A DNA stretch of 64,000 bases from Patescibacteria group bacterium UBA661 (GTDB taxonomy: Bacteria; Patescibacteriota; Minisyncoccia; Phycocordibacterales; UBA918), in the NCBI GenBank assembly GCA_002299465.1, contig DBNX01000018.1, forward strand, positions 11,987 to 75,986, given 5' to 3'. The translations under genes were made by a program, and so were the position numbers. The notes beneath the pieces are model-generated. The model worked only from the letters and a program-made list of their open reading frames with translations. It was not told the DNA's origin and did no database searches. Shown piece after piece: positions 46,614 through 56,323 of the stretch. Numbering within the stretch: the first letter of the stretch is position 1; each line of letters starts with the position of its first letter.

Positions 46614-48332
46614 ATGGAGTACCTTTACAATTCTCGCTTTGCGCCTTCTCAATTCATTCAAGAAAAAATCTTGAAGAATGGGAAAATCTGCGCAGTACAC
46701 GAAACTCCTGATCAAATGGTGAATCGTGTCGTCGGTGCAATCTATGCTGCCGATCAAAAATTCACTACCAGCAAGTTGGCTGGGGCGTTCGCTGATAGCA
46801 TCGGGTCAATGATGGATGCTGGTAGTATTGTCTTCAGTACACCGATCATGACAAATGCTGGTAGGCTGGACTTTCGCAGGCCGCTTTCCGCCTGCACCGT
46901 TCCGCCTGTGAATCTCAATGGCGACTGGTCAAACATCCGCAAGATGGTTGATACTTACCATGCTGAGGCGATGGGAACAGGTTTCAACTTCGATATGGTC
47001 AATGATCCTGTCGAGGTATTGCTAAAACTGAACGAAATCGCTGTAGCGGGAAGCAAAAGTGGCAACGAAGATCGACCGGTTGGCAATATGGGTATTTGCT
47101 CTATCGACCATCCTCAAATCGCAAACTTTGTGGTCGCCAAATCGCTTCGTCGTGGTCTCGACTGGAAATTCAACATATCAGTCGATACCCCCGAGGTCTT
47201 CTGGTTGGCAGCAGAGTCTGCGTCAAACTGGAGACTGCGAGATGGCAGCGCAATATCTGCATCAGCACTACTCGACCTGATCGTAGAGTCAGCACATCAC
47301 TGTGCTGATCCTGGGATTGTGTTCATGGATCGAATCAACCGAGACAATCCGATCCCTGGTGCGGGCAGATATATGAGTATTGCTCCATGTGCCGAAGTAG
47401 GTCTCGTGCCCGGCGAGACTTGTCAATTTGGTTACCTTAACTTGGGTGCTTTTGTGTCAAATAAGACTATCGACATAGAAGCGTTGCAATCAGTCACGGC
47501 ACTGATGACACGGGCCCTGGATGATTGTCTGGAAATCAGCTTGGAAAGTTACCAAGTTGAAGAAAGCAAGGAGGTTGTAGGTTTGCGACGGAAGATAGGT
47601 ATCGGCATTTGCGGCCTTGCCGACATGCTAGTGAAACTGAATATTCCGTATGACAGCGAGGAAGGCAGAGAAATCTCCAGAGACGTTGTCGCATTGATAA
47701 ACTACACTTCTAAGGTAGCCTCACACGAACTAGCACAGGTTCGCGGTTCGTTTCGGGCGATGGATCTCCTTTATGGGTGTCGACACATTGAGGAACCGTC
47801 CTACGTTCAACAGCGTTACGGGAATCACTCTACACGCTGGGTAAGCGAAGCGGATTGGTACAGTCTGGGTAACAAAATTAGAAAAACCAAACAGCTCAGA
47901 CACAGCACTACAATCGCTCTGCCTCCAACGGGAAGGAGTGGGCTGGTTATCAACGCTTCACCTGGTGTTGAGCCTCTGTTCAGTTTCAAAAATCCTGACG
48001 GAGAAATCCGTGAGGTTGTGCGTCAGCTTATCCCTGATAATGAAATCTTGCAGAAGATATCAGAATCAGGGAAGATACCAGCGAGCGTATCCGAAACAAC
48101 CAGACGAGTTCTTGTAACCAGTACAGACATTGCTGCAATCGATCACCTGAAAATGGTGGCGGCTCTGCAAACAGTCGTAGACGAGTCAATTTCAAAGACG
48201 ATCAATCTTCGTGCCGAAGCAACGGTGTCAGAAGTGCGAGAAATCTACGAAAGCGCCTATCGTCTGGGACTGAAGGGTATGACGATGTACCGTGAAGGTT
48301 CTTCAATATCCCAACCAGTACGACTGAAATGA
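46614..48332 (+). CDS. ribonucleotide reductase class II-like protein (572 aa) with SD TAGGAGG
   Basis: Finger-loop region SIAPCAEVGLVPGETCQFGYLNLGAF resembles NPCGE…CNLGSINL of class II RNR. Confidence 0.55.
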   Translation: MEYLYNSRFAPSQFIQEKILKNGKICAVHETPDQMVNRVVGAIYAADQKFTTSKLAGAFADSIGSMMDAGSIVFSTPIMTNAGRLDFRRPLSACTVPPVNLNGDWSNIRKMVDTYHAEAMGTGFNFDMVNDPVEVLLKLNEIAVAGSKSGNEDRPVGNMGICSIDHPQIANFVVAKSLRRGLDWKFNISVDTPEVFWLAAESASNWRLRDGSAISASALLDLIVESAHHCADPGIVFMDRINRDNPIPGAGRYMSIAPCAEVGLVPGETCQFGYLNLGAFVSNKTIDIEALQSVTALMTRALDDCLEISLESYQVEESKEVVGLRRKIGIGICGLADMLVKLNIPYDSEEGREISRDVVALINYTSKVASHELAQVRGSFRAMDLLYGCRHIEEPSYVQQRYGNHSTRWVSEADWYSLGNKIRKTKQLRHSTTIALPPTGRSGLVINASPGVEPLFSFKNPDGEIREVVRQLIPDNEILQKISESGKIPASVSETTRRVLVTSTDIAAIDHLKMVAALQTVVDESISKTINLRAEATVSEVREIYESAYRLGLKGMTMYREGSSISQPVRLK

Positions 48333-48335
48333 GAA

Positions 48336-48367
48336 ACGCCCGGCAGGTTTGCCGGGCGTCTTTTTTA
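48336..48367. terminator. bidirectional terminator between the RNR-like gene (+) and the CYTH gene (-)
   Basis: ACGCCCGGC-AGGTTT-GCCGGGCGT plus CTTTTTT. Confidence 0.6.
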
Positions 48368-48973
48368 GAAAGTGATTTCTTGGTTAAAGGCTCTTTGATT
48401 CATGATTATGTTTGTAACGCTTTTGGGTACAATTTCATCTTCGCCTAATCCGAGATCGTTAATCAGCAAATTTCTAATCTTAATTTTGCTGGCTTCTTCC
48501 TCGCCAGGCATACACATGATTTCAACCTCGATCGCACCCCCAAAATCAGTGATCTCTTCTACCAGGATTTCCATGTCGCCAAATTCGTATATGTGACGAT
48601 GCTTCTCTAGCTCAAAAAATGGTTTGAACTCTGTAGTGGCAAGTATGAGTGCGGCCTCCCGAAAATTATCAATTTTTATCTCATGCTCTTCCCACGCATT
48701 ATGGTCACCTTCGTTAGTAATTGTCTTGGTGTTAAGACTAATTACTTCAGTGTCACCTTTTCGCGCAACACGCAGACGAAGACTGTATGAGCCAACTTTA
48801 TCCATTTCTACATCGGCGACAGAGGTAGCTTTTTTTTCACAAAAATATACATCTTTTAGGTAAGAAGAATTTTTATATTCAGCTCCTTTTTCCTTTAACT
48901 TTTCTTGAAATCCTTTTGGATCATTCACTAAAGCACGTAATTCCACCTCAATATTTTTTTCCATATTAAACAT
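48365..48973 (-). CDS. CYTH-domain protein (triphosphate tunnel metalloenzyme / class IV adenylyl-cyclase-like)
   Basis: N-terminal EVELRALV (ExExK-type) and a beta-barrel pattern. Confidence 0.6.
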   Translation of the reverse strand: MFNMEKNIEVELRALVNDPKGFQEKLKEKGAEYKNSSYLKDVYFCEKKATSVADVEMDKVGSYSLRLRVARKGDTEVISLNTKTITNEGDHNAWEEHEIKIDNFREAALILATTEFKPFFELEKHRHIYEFGDMEILVEEITDFGGAIEVEIMCMPGEEEASKIKIRNLLINDLGLGEDEIVPKSVTNIIMNQRAFNQEITF

Positions 48974-49040
48974 GATTTTAACATAAATTCAGATTTTTTA
49001 GCGGTGATCACAGGATATTGCCAGGCTAAAATGCCAAACA

Positions 49041-49847
49041 ATGCCAAATTTTGTGATGTATAATAGACACATGACTGTAGGAGAACAAATATACAAACAG
49101 GCAGTGGAGGCAGGATACAGCCCTGCTTTTGCTAGTACCTTAGTTTCACCTGCAAACGAGGCTTTTAAATCAATCCAAGAGCTTTCTGGATCTCTTAAAA
49201 AACCGATGAAAATGATGGCTGAAGCATTTAAAACTATTCAGCCTCATCTTAAAGTAATCGAGGAAATGAATCTTCCAGAAAAGCTGAAGTACTTTCAAGA
49301 ACCAATTGCAGGGATAACTCTTCCAGAACTAATTGCAGAGAGGTCATCATTAATACCAAGCTCTTTTTACGGTGAAGATAATGAATTATTGATACCTCAA
49401 TATACTAACCCTGTTCAGGAAGTTCGAATTGTAAATGTAGATGAAATTGCAGGTGCCCAAATAAAACGGGAGAAGGATTATCTCGTTGGTTCATACCACC
49501 TACCGCAAAACGCTGTCTGGGAATCTCTTGAAATCCAGTTTATAGATGGTCATTTCGTAAAGGTTTCATATCTCGGTATGGAGTCAAAGAAGTTTGATTA
49601 TAAGGACATGGGCTTTATCAATATGAAAACCATGCGACCAGACCATAAATGGCAATTACTCTTAGCTATAGCTGAAAATGGCGGTGCTCTCACTAATGCG
49701 AAATGGGACCGTAAGTTTGCACGAAACGTTAAATATGAGCTAAATCGGGGTCTTAAGCGTTTCTTTGGTATGTCCTCAAACCCGATTCCTCACTACACCA
49801 AGCAGCACGGCTACCGAGTCCTCTTTACCCTCCGACCAGAAAAATAG
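49041..49847 (+). CDS. hypothetical protein (268 aa)
   Basis: ORF followed by a terminator at 49873-49910. Confidence 0.5.
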   Translation: MPNFVMYNRHMTVGEQIYKQAVEAGYSPAFASTLVSPANEAFKSIQELSGSLKKPMKMMAEAFKTIQPHLKVIEEMNLPEKLKYFQEPIAGITLPELIAERSSLIPSSFYGEDNELLIPQYTNPVQEVRIVNVDEIAGAQIKREKDYLVGSYHLPQNAVWESLEIQFIDGHFVKVSYLGMESKKFDYKDMGFINMKTMRPDHKWQLLLAIAENGGALTNAKWDRKFARNVKYELNRGLKRFFGMSSNPIPHYTKQHGYRVLFTLRPEK

Positions 49848-50023
49848 TCATTTGGTATGAAATGACGAAATAAAGACCTTCTGCATGTACCTGCAGAAGG
49901 TCTTTATTTTTAGAGGTTATTTTGTCATTTAATCTGATCCCCTAGAGTGAGAATGTCATTTTGTCATTCAATGACGAATAAGGGTAAGAAGAGCTTAGTA
50001 AAACCCTCTTCCACATTCTCTTA

Positions 50024-51307
50024 ATGGAAACACAAAAGTTAACGTGGTCATCCACCACTCGTAAGGTAAAGGACCTTACACCAAATGGATACAACCCGAG
50101 AAAGATAAGCAATGATCAAAAGCACGACCTGCAGAAATCGATTGAGCAGTTTGGTGCGGTAGTGCCAGTTGTACTGAATATCGGTTCCCGAGCTAATACC
50201 CTCATCGGAGGAGAACAGCGACTAAAAATCTATGCTGACCTCGGCTATACCGAAGTCGAGTGTATGATCCCGTCACGAGAGCTGACTCTCGCTGAAGAGC
50301 AAGAACTAAACCTTCGTTTAAACAAAAATACAGGAGCATGGGATGAAGAGCTTTTAAAGAACTTTGATCTTTCTCTGTTGCTTGATGTGGGATTTAACGA
50401 GGATGAGATACAAGACTTTTTTGACGATGTCGAAATTGCTGATGATGATTATGATGTTGAGAAAGGACTGGAGGAAAATGCCACTCCAAGGGTAAAGGCT
50501 GGAGAGATATGGCAACTCGGTGACCATCGCCTACTCGTGGGCGACTCGACTGATAAAGAGTTGGTCGCTAAACTGATGGGCGAAACGAAGGCCCACTTCA
50601 TCTATCAAGATATGCCCTATAACATTGGGCTTTCCTATGACAAAGGTATCAGTAACCAAAAGCAGTATGGTGGCGAGTATTCAAGCTCAAAGGACTCGAT
50701 GAGTGATGAGAAGTACTACGCTTTTATTGAAGCTAGTATTAGTACTGCCAAATCTATTGCCCACACCAATGCCCACTGGCTGTACTGGTGCGATGCTCGC
50801 AATATAGGATCAATTCAAGATCTATACAAACAGTACGGTATTCATTTTAGGCGTGTCTGCTATTGGGTAAAGAACAACCAAAACATGACGCCTCAGGTGG
50901 CATTTAACCGAGTGCACGAGCCAGCTGTCTATGGCACTACTGGTAAAGCGTACCTAAACAATAACCTCAAGAACGTAAACGAGATCTTGAATCAGGAAGT
51001 GACGACTGGAAATCAGCTTCATAACGAGTTGCTCGATATGATCGACCTCTGGATTGTGAAGCGTGACAATGTGCAAGGGTACCTACACCCGACCCAGAAG
51101 CCGGTTGGTCTGAGCGAAAAGCCAATCAAACGATGTACCGCTCCCGGTCACGTTGTGTTCTCTGGTTTTGGTGGAAGTGGGAGCGATTTGATTGCCTGCG
51201 AGCAGTTACACCGAAAGTGGTATGGGGTTGAACAAGACCTTGTCTTTGCGAGTGTCATCATCGACCGCTGGGAGAAATTTACCAAGCTAACCGCCAAGCG
51301 AGTATGA
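50024..51307 (+). CDS. ParB-like nuclease domain fused to an N4/N6 DNA methyltransferase (beta class)
   Basis: N-terminal ParB/Srx-like region. DMPYN (DPPY variant) and FSGFGGSGS (FxGxG). Confidence 0.75.
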   Translation: METQKLTWSSTTRKVKDLTPNGYNPRKISNDQKHDLQKSIEQFGAVVPVVLNIGSRANTLIGGEQRLKIYADLGYTEVECMIPSRELTLAEEQELNLRLNKNTGAWDEELLKNFDLSLLLDVGFNEDEIQDFFDDVEIADDDYDVEKGLEENATPRVKAGEIWQLGDHRLLVGDSTDKELVAKLMGETKAHFIYQDMPYNIGLSYDKGISNQKQYGGEYSSSKDSMSDEKYYAFIEASISTAKSIAHTNAHWLYWCDARNIGSIQDLYKQYGIHFRRVCYWVKNNQNMTPQVAFNRVHEPAVYGTTGKAYLNNNLKNVNEILNQEVTTGNQLHNELLDMIDLWIVKRDNVQGYLHPTQKPVGLSEKPIKRCTAPGHVVFSGFGGSGSDLIACEQLHRKWYGVEQDLVFASVIIDRWEKFTKLTAKRV

Positions 51308-52077
51308 AAACCGTAATGACTGGAGATATCTATTCTGTTGGAAGTCACATAGTTGGGTGCGGCGATTCACTCGATAAGGACTTTGTTGCCAAGGTAGTGG
51401 GTACACACAAAATTCAAGCGGTTGTGACCGATCCGCCGTATGGAGTGGCGTATGTTGAGAACAAAGTAGGAGTAGCTCAGCTTGGCAAAAAGGATGCCAA
51501 GGCTATCAAAGGCGATCACATTCAAACTGAGTACGAATACGCTCGCTTTACCCAGTCATGGGTTGAGGCAGTATTACCTCACCTCGACTCATACAACACC
51601 TTCCATATCTTCAACTGTGACAGTATGTTCCTCGCTCTTCGGACAGGTATGCAAACCGCAGGGCTACACTTCAGCCAGATGTTGATCTGGATTAAGAATC
51701 AGTCTGTTATGGGACGAATGGACTATCTGCCACAGCAAGAGTTGATTGCCTATGGTTGGTATAAAAAGCACAAGCGGATTAAGGCACAAATGAGCAGTGC
51801 GATTTATCATCCGCGACCACAGAAGTCGAAGCTCCATCCTACGCAAAAACCAATAGGCCTCTTACGCCGACTTATCTTGAATGTCACTAATGTTAACGAC
51901 TGTGTCTACGACGGCTTCTTAGGGAGTGGTAGTACAGCCCTTGCTTCTGAACAGCTCGGTAGAACCTGTATTGGTATTGAGCAGGATGCTGAGTATGTAG
52001 AAATATGTCTGAAGCGACTGGAAAAGCTCACTAAGAAAGAGCGGGTATTAATCATGAGCCATGAACCGACCCCATAA
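51304..52077 (+). CDS. N4/N6 DNA methyltransferase (beta class), a paralogue of the MTase half of the upstream gene
   Basis: VVTDPPYGV and DGFLGSGST. The HPTQKPIGL block is shared with the upstream gene. Confidence 0.8.
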   Translation: MKTVMTGDIYSVGSHIVGCGDSLDKDFVAKVVGTHKIQAVVTDPPYGVAYVENKVGVAQLGKKDAKAIKGDHIQTEYEYARFTQSWVEAVLPHLDSYNTFHIFNCDSMFLALRTGMQTAGLHFSQMLIWIKNQSVMGRMDYLPQQELIAYGWYKKHKRIKAQMSSAIYHPRPQKSKLHPTQKPIGLLRRLILNVTNVNDCVYDGFLGSGSTALASEQLGRTCIGIEQDAEYVEICLKRLEKLTKKERVLIMSHEPTP

Positions 52078-52447
52078 TGAAAAACCGCATATTGGCGTCT
52101 ACCGCAAGCAGGACTTTGTTACCTATGTCACATGGAAGTCACTCCCTACGTTTCTACGAGGTCAACCTGAAACGGTCCTTCGCAAAATGGGTATTGATGA
52201 CGATATGGCAATTGAGCTTCTTCAGATCAAAACCCAGCGAGACTTTGCTGAGCGATTTGGTATTAAAGACCTCGGGACGCTGACTGACTGGAATAAGCGA
52301 ATTGAGGATGAGGGCTTAGTTGAGCATATCAATACATGGGCACGGAAGCTGACACCAAACGTCGTCTTGGCTTTGTATAAAAATGTCACAAAGCATGGAA
52401 AGTCGAAGGAGGTAAAGACGTGGTTTGAAATAATCGAAAACTTTTAA
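52061..52447 (+). CDS. hypothetical protein (128 aa)
   Basis: ORF in an operon with the MTases. Confidence 0.4.
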   Translation: MNRPHNEKPHIGVYRKQDFVTYVTWKSLPTFLRGQPETVLRKMGIDDDMAIELLQIKTQRDFAERFGIKDLGTLTDWNKRIEDEGLVEHINTWARKLTPNVVLALYKNVTKHGKSKEVKTWFEIIENF

Positions 52448-52449
52448 GT

Positions 52450-52662
52450 ATGAACGAAACTAAAACATCACTAGGACTAGCTGAGGTAAATGAGATCCTC
52501 TCGACTGCTTTACTACAGGTCACGACTGGCAAGATTTCTCCAAAACGAGCACAGGTAATTTCTCGGATCGCATTGGCTCTCTCAAAGAACATCGCAAACG
52601 TTGAACTCAAGCAAAGAATTGATGTCCTCGAACAGATGCTGCTGGAACGTAAAAGAAAATGA
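52450..52662 (+). CDS. small hypothetical protein (70 aa)
   Basis: ORF with overlapping stop/start chaining. Confidence 0.35.
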   Translation: MNETKTSLGLAEVNEILSTALLQVTTGKISPKRAQVISRIALALSKNIANVELKQRIDVLEQMLLERKRK

Positions 52663-54128
52663 AAGATTTAACTAAGATAATTCAAAAAGGAAATCTGACA
52701 CCTCGGGAACGAGCATTATTGATAGTGAGACACGATGCCCAGCTGGAGCAGACAGGTAAGGCTTTACTGAGTGAGGCTGATTTGGTGGCTTTGACTAACT
52801 GGAGACCGGTCACTAACTATGAAGCCGAGCAATACAACAAAGTGATCACGCTCTGGGATCTGTATCAGAAACTACAAATTGATATGCAGACCTGCTATCT
52901 GACTACTCAATTAGCTTTGTCCCGTCTGCAGAATTCAGCCAGCTTGCTCTACCATAGAAGCGATAGTTTTAAGCAGTCACGACCTAATATCAATAGCCGT
53001 CTTTGGGTCGAGAATGATGCAGAATTTCAAGCATACTTTTTAGAGCATTCAGGCTATGAGTATGACCGTCTGACCCATCTTTATACATTTCACTCCCTAC
53101 CAAGCACTATCCAAAAAGACATCCTACTCCTAGATCCTAGTGTGAAGTATGACCATACGTATTTCTCTCAAGAAGAGCAGATCGCAAGAATCATGGGTGG
53201 TAAAAAGACCTTAAACGCCGAAGGTGTTGAAGCTCTCACAAAAGCGATTGTAGACTCAATACCGTGTGGTCATGAGCTTAGGTTACCAAACGCTCAAATA
53301 AGCTTCAGAGAAGTCATTTTCAATCTACACTTCGCTGGCTATCCAATTATGGAGTTCGGCAGGCGTCTGGCTTCTCGCCACAACATTACGTATCAAAGTG
53401 AGGATGAATTGCGAGACAAGTTAAGTGAGATAGATGACTTGCAGTATAAGCTTGAAAAGGTTGTTCGCGATGCCGTTAGTGACGGGTCATTTTTCGATGA
53501 CTTTACGCCTTTATGTCTGAGTCACGGTCACCTTACTCACGAAGGCAAAACTAGACTTCCACACGACAGACTCATGCACGAATGGATACAAGCTAAAGAT
53601 ACAGTACTTAAAACTCTAGAAACCCATATCGATACTGGCGAATTGGAAGTCCGTGAATGTCCGACACGATTTTTTGAGGTAAGTATAAATAAAACATACG
53701 TCACCGGCACAAGCCTAAGTCAGGCAAACCTTTCGCTTCCGTTCCTTAAAGATTTCCAATCACAGATAGATGAATATTCACATTACTGTCTTCCGGTATT
53801 TTTACTACACAAAGCAACTGCTTTTGAGAACTACCAGTACCTGCTCAAATTTAAAGAGATCAGTCTAGAGCTATCTGAACTACTTGGAGTGGATCTGTCG
53901 CAAACCATAGAGAGTCACCTTGAAGCCGTTCGTGAATCGGTTGATACTCTAAATTTTTATCTGCGACAAATATCTGATCTTAGGTTAGAAAAGGTTTATA
54001 AGTCAGACATCGAGTATCCCTTACAAGTCTTTATACCTGATCCAAGCCTAGTACTCAGTGGTTTACCGCCTAAACAAAATGAAAGCCTTGAGATCTTTAG
54101 TGAGAAACTAGAATCTCTCGTACGTTAA
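52659..54128 (+). CDS. hypothetical protein (489 aa)
   Basis: Long ORF convergent with the defence-like cluster. Confidence 0.5.
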   Translation: MKDLTKIIQKGNLTPRERALLIVRHDAQLEQTGKALLSEADLVALTNWRPVTNYEAEQYNKVITLWDLYQKLQIDMQTCYLTTQLALSRLQNSASLLYHRSDSFKQSRPNINSRLWVENDAEFQAYFLEHSGYEYDRLTHLYTFHSLPSTIQKDILLLDPSVKYDHTYFSQEEQIARIMGGKKTLNAEGVEALTKAIVDSIPCGHELRLPNAQISFREVIFNLHFAGYPIMEFGRRLASRHNITYQSEDELRDKLSEIDDLQYKLEKVVRDAVSDGSFFDDFTPLCLSHGHLTHEGKTRLPHDRLMHEWIQAKDTVLKTLETHIDTGELEVRECPTRFFEVSINKTYVTGTSLSQANLSLPFLKDFQSQIDEYSHYCLPVFLLHKATAFENYQYLLKFKEISLELSELLGVDLSQTIESHLEAVRESVDTLNFYLRQISDLRLEKVYKSDIEYPLQVFIPDPSLVLSGLPPKQNESLEIFSEKLESLVR

Positions 54129-54790
54129 GCAACTTTTTCAGTATAGTCACACTTCGGATACGTACTGCATCCAAGGAATGCTCCGTATTTACCATTTCTT
54201 TTTACTAGATCACTCCCGCACTTTGGACAGAAGTGGGTGGTACTTACAGGGACTAAGGGAACATCCACCATCTTCATATATTCCATTAGTTTGAATTTAT
54301 CGACGAGTTCAATCGGCTTGTCCTCAGCAAACTTTTCAGCATCTAGGGTAAAGACATTGGTGGTAATAAAGAAAGACTTTCCGCCATCGATTCTATCCGC
54401 AATAGCTCCGTAAAAATCCCGAACCGCTCCGACTGGTACTTTAGAGGTAATAAACTTCTTGCACTGGATGTAGTGGGCGTGACCGTCTTTCTCCGCCTCC
54501 ACATCTACACCACCATCACCTTTACCGCCCGTTACTCGAGTCTTGTATCCAAGACGCTGGAACAAAACAGCAATGTAGTCTTCAAATTGTGCAGGAGTTA
54601 GCTTCTGTAATTCTTGCACTTTCTTTTTACCTAAGAGCCACTTGATTTGGCTTCGGCGACTCATGAGATCGACTACAATACGAAAAGCTAGAGCGAGAAC
54701 CACAATGCCAATCATCATGAAATACAGCTCTTTCATTGCCCACATGCCCTGTAGTATTGGTATTAATAGGTTTGATGAGGAAAACTCCAT
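54125..54790 (-). CDS. membrane-anchored Mrr-like restriction endonuclease with a C-terminal topoisomerase-type C4 zinc ribbon
   Basis: N-terminal TM helix. Mrr_cat-like GGKGDGGVDVEAEKDGHAHYIQCKKF. CPKCGS…CSTYPKCDY. Confidence 0.7.
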   Translation of the reverse strand: MEFSSSNLLIPILQGMWAMKELYFMMIGIVVLALAFRIVVDLMSRRSQIKWLLGKKKVQELQKLTPAQFEDYIAVLFQRLGYKTRVTGGKGDGGVDVEAEKDGHAHYIQCKKFITSKVPVGAVRDFYGAIADRIDGGKSFFITTNVFTLDAEKFAEDKPIELVDKFKLMEYMKMVDVPLVPVSTTHFCPKCGSDLVKRNGKYGAFLGCSTYPKCDYTEKVA

Positions 54791-54811
54791 ATCTAGTATG
54801 ATAGCAGATGA

Positions 54812-56320
54812 CTATATCTGCTTAATTACTTTCCAGATTTCAACCATCGCCAAAGTGTCCAAGTGACAATATTTTCGCAAGGCTTGAATTTTACCCTCAG
54901 CTTCCTCTTTTGAATATTCACCAGATACAATTCGATTCCACGTATCAGCCGCAGCACCTCCTTCTTGAATCTCTAACTCTTTGTAAGATAACTCAGGCAC
55001 TAAGGCTGGCAAGACAAATTTAATCGATGACTTACCAAGAAAGTTCGGATGCCAATATACAGCAGTCTTTCCATCAAACGGTTCGATAAGGTCAACAATT
55101 CTATCCTGAACGCTTGTAATAAAAGTAGCATCTGAGGGTAGTCTCTGAGCAATCTGATCGTTGATTCCTTTCTCAAACCTTTCGCTCCAAACCAACACAC
55201 TACCAGTAGGAGGTAAGTGTCTTTTCATCGCTTCAACAAATTGTTGGTCTGGATTTGAATTATCAATGTGAAGAAAATCTGCGTGCTGAATCTCACCGCC
55301 CTCTTCGTGAATTATATGAAGTGAGAACTGGAATGGTATCTGCTGGTAGGGGCGGTAACCAGAAAATCTTGGTATTGCTGACGGGTATGTCTCGTAATCA
55401 ATAAAAGCCAACGGGTACTCTAATTTACTCAAGAAGGCCTCGAGCCCTTCTTGATCAATTATGGTTCTGCCTGACTGAGCCACGTCAACCTGTTTGCGCT
55501 GGTTATCCGATAATTCAAAATCATGAGGCACATGTTGAATATCAATTACTTCACTTTCAACTAGAGCTGAGAGCTTCTTAGGACTTAATCCTATTCGAGA
55601 AATTTGGTGCACTGAGTATTCAGGGGTGTCAGGATTTGAGTACCAGAAAGTGGTGCAGTGGTTACTCTTTGATTTAATCCAGCAATCACAGTGACCTGCA
55701 GGTTCTTCGACTCGATTTATATACTCATGAACTCCTGCCATCTGACTAGAAATATCATCAACTATAGCCTCAACATCCTCGGTTATATCTTTGATTATAA
55801 AAAGTTCTTTGATCGAAAGGTCTCCTGAGCGTACATAACTTTTGTCGAGTCTGACCAAATGAAGTTTACCGACTGGTATGGCAAGATTATCCATAACAAT
55901 CTTTTGAAACGCAACGTCATTTTTATATTCCTCAGCTCGTCTGCCTCCCTCGCCTTCGTGGGTAGCGGTTGAAGACTTTACCTCATACAGATCGTAGACT
56001 TCAGTCTGGTTATTCCAGACGATAATGTCAGCAATTGCTGAGTACTTATCGCTGATAAAGACTGGCTGGTAAATAATTGGTGTACGTTTAGCAATAAGTT
56101 CATTAGTATACGCAGAATCTGTACGGTCTTCGACCAGCACACCACCAGGGAATAGCTCTCTAGCAAGAGCGTCGATCTCATTACCCGTATCGATAATATT
56201 TAACTCAAAAGCAGATAACTCTTTGGCGTGATAAATATCTGGCTTGTGAACCTTTAACCAAGCATTTTTATTGCAGTTTTTAGATATTAGAAAATCAGTT
56301 TTAGTTAAAATATGATTCAT
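54812..56320 (-). CDS. DUF2779-like protein: N-terminal PD-(D/E)xK nuclease plus C-terminal DEDD/RNase-H-like exonuclease fold
   Basis: ADIIVWN…YDLYEVKSS (D…ExK). FIDYETYP … YCHLDTLAMVEIW. Confidence 0.6.
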   Translation of the reverse strand: MNHILTKTDFLISKNCNKNAWLKVHKPDIYHAKELSAFELNIIDTGNEIDALARELFPGGVLVEDRTDSAYTNELIAKRTPIIYQPVFISDKYSAIADIIVWNNQTEVYDLYEVKSSTATHEGEGGRRAEEYKNDVAFQKIVMDNLAIPVGKLHLVRLDKSYVRSGDLSIKELFIIKDITEDVEAIVDDISSQMAGVHEYINRVEEPAGHCDCWIKSKSNHCTTFWYSNPDTPEYSVHQISRIGLSPKKLSALVESEVIDIQHVPHDFELSDNQRKQVDVAQSGRTIIDQEGLEAFLSKLEYPLAFIDYETYPSAIPRFSGYRPYQQIPFQFSLHIIHEEGGEIQHADFLHIDNSNPDQQFVEAMKRHLPPTGSVLVWSERFEKGINDQIAQRLPSDATFITSVQDRIVDLIEPFDGKTAVYWHPNFLGKSSIKFVLPALVPELSYKELEIQEGGAAADTWNRIVSGEYSKEEAEGKIQALRKYCHLDTLAMVEIWKVIKQI

Positions 56321-56323
56321 AAA

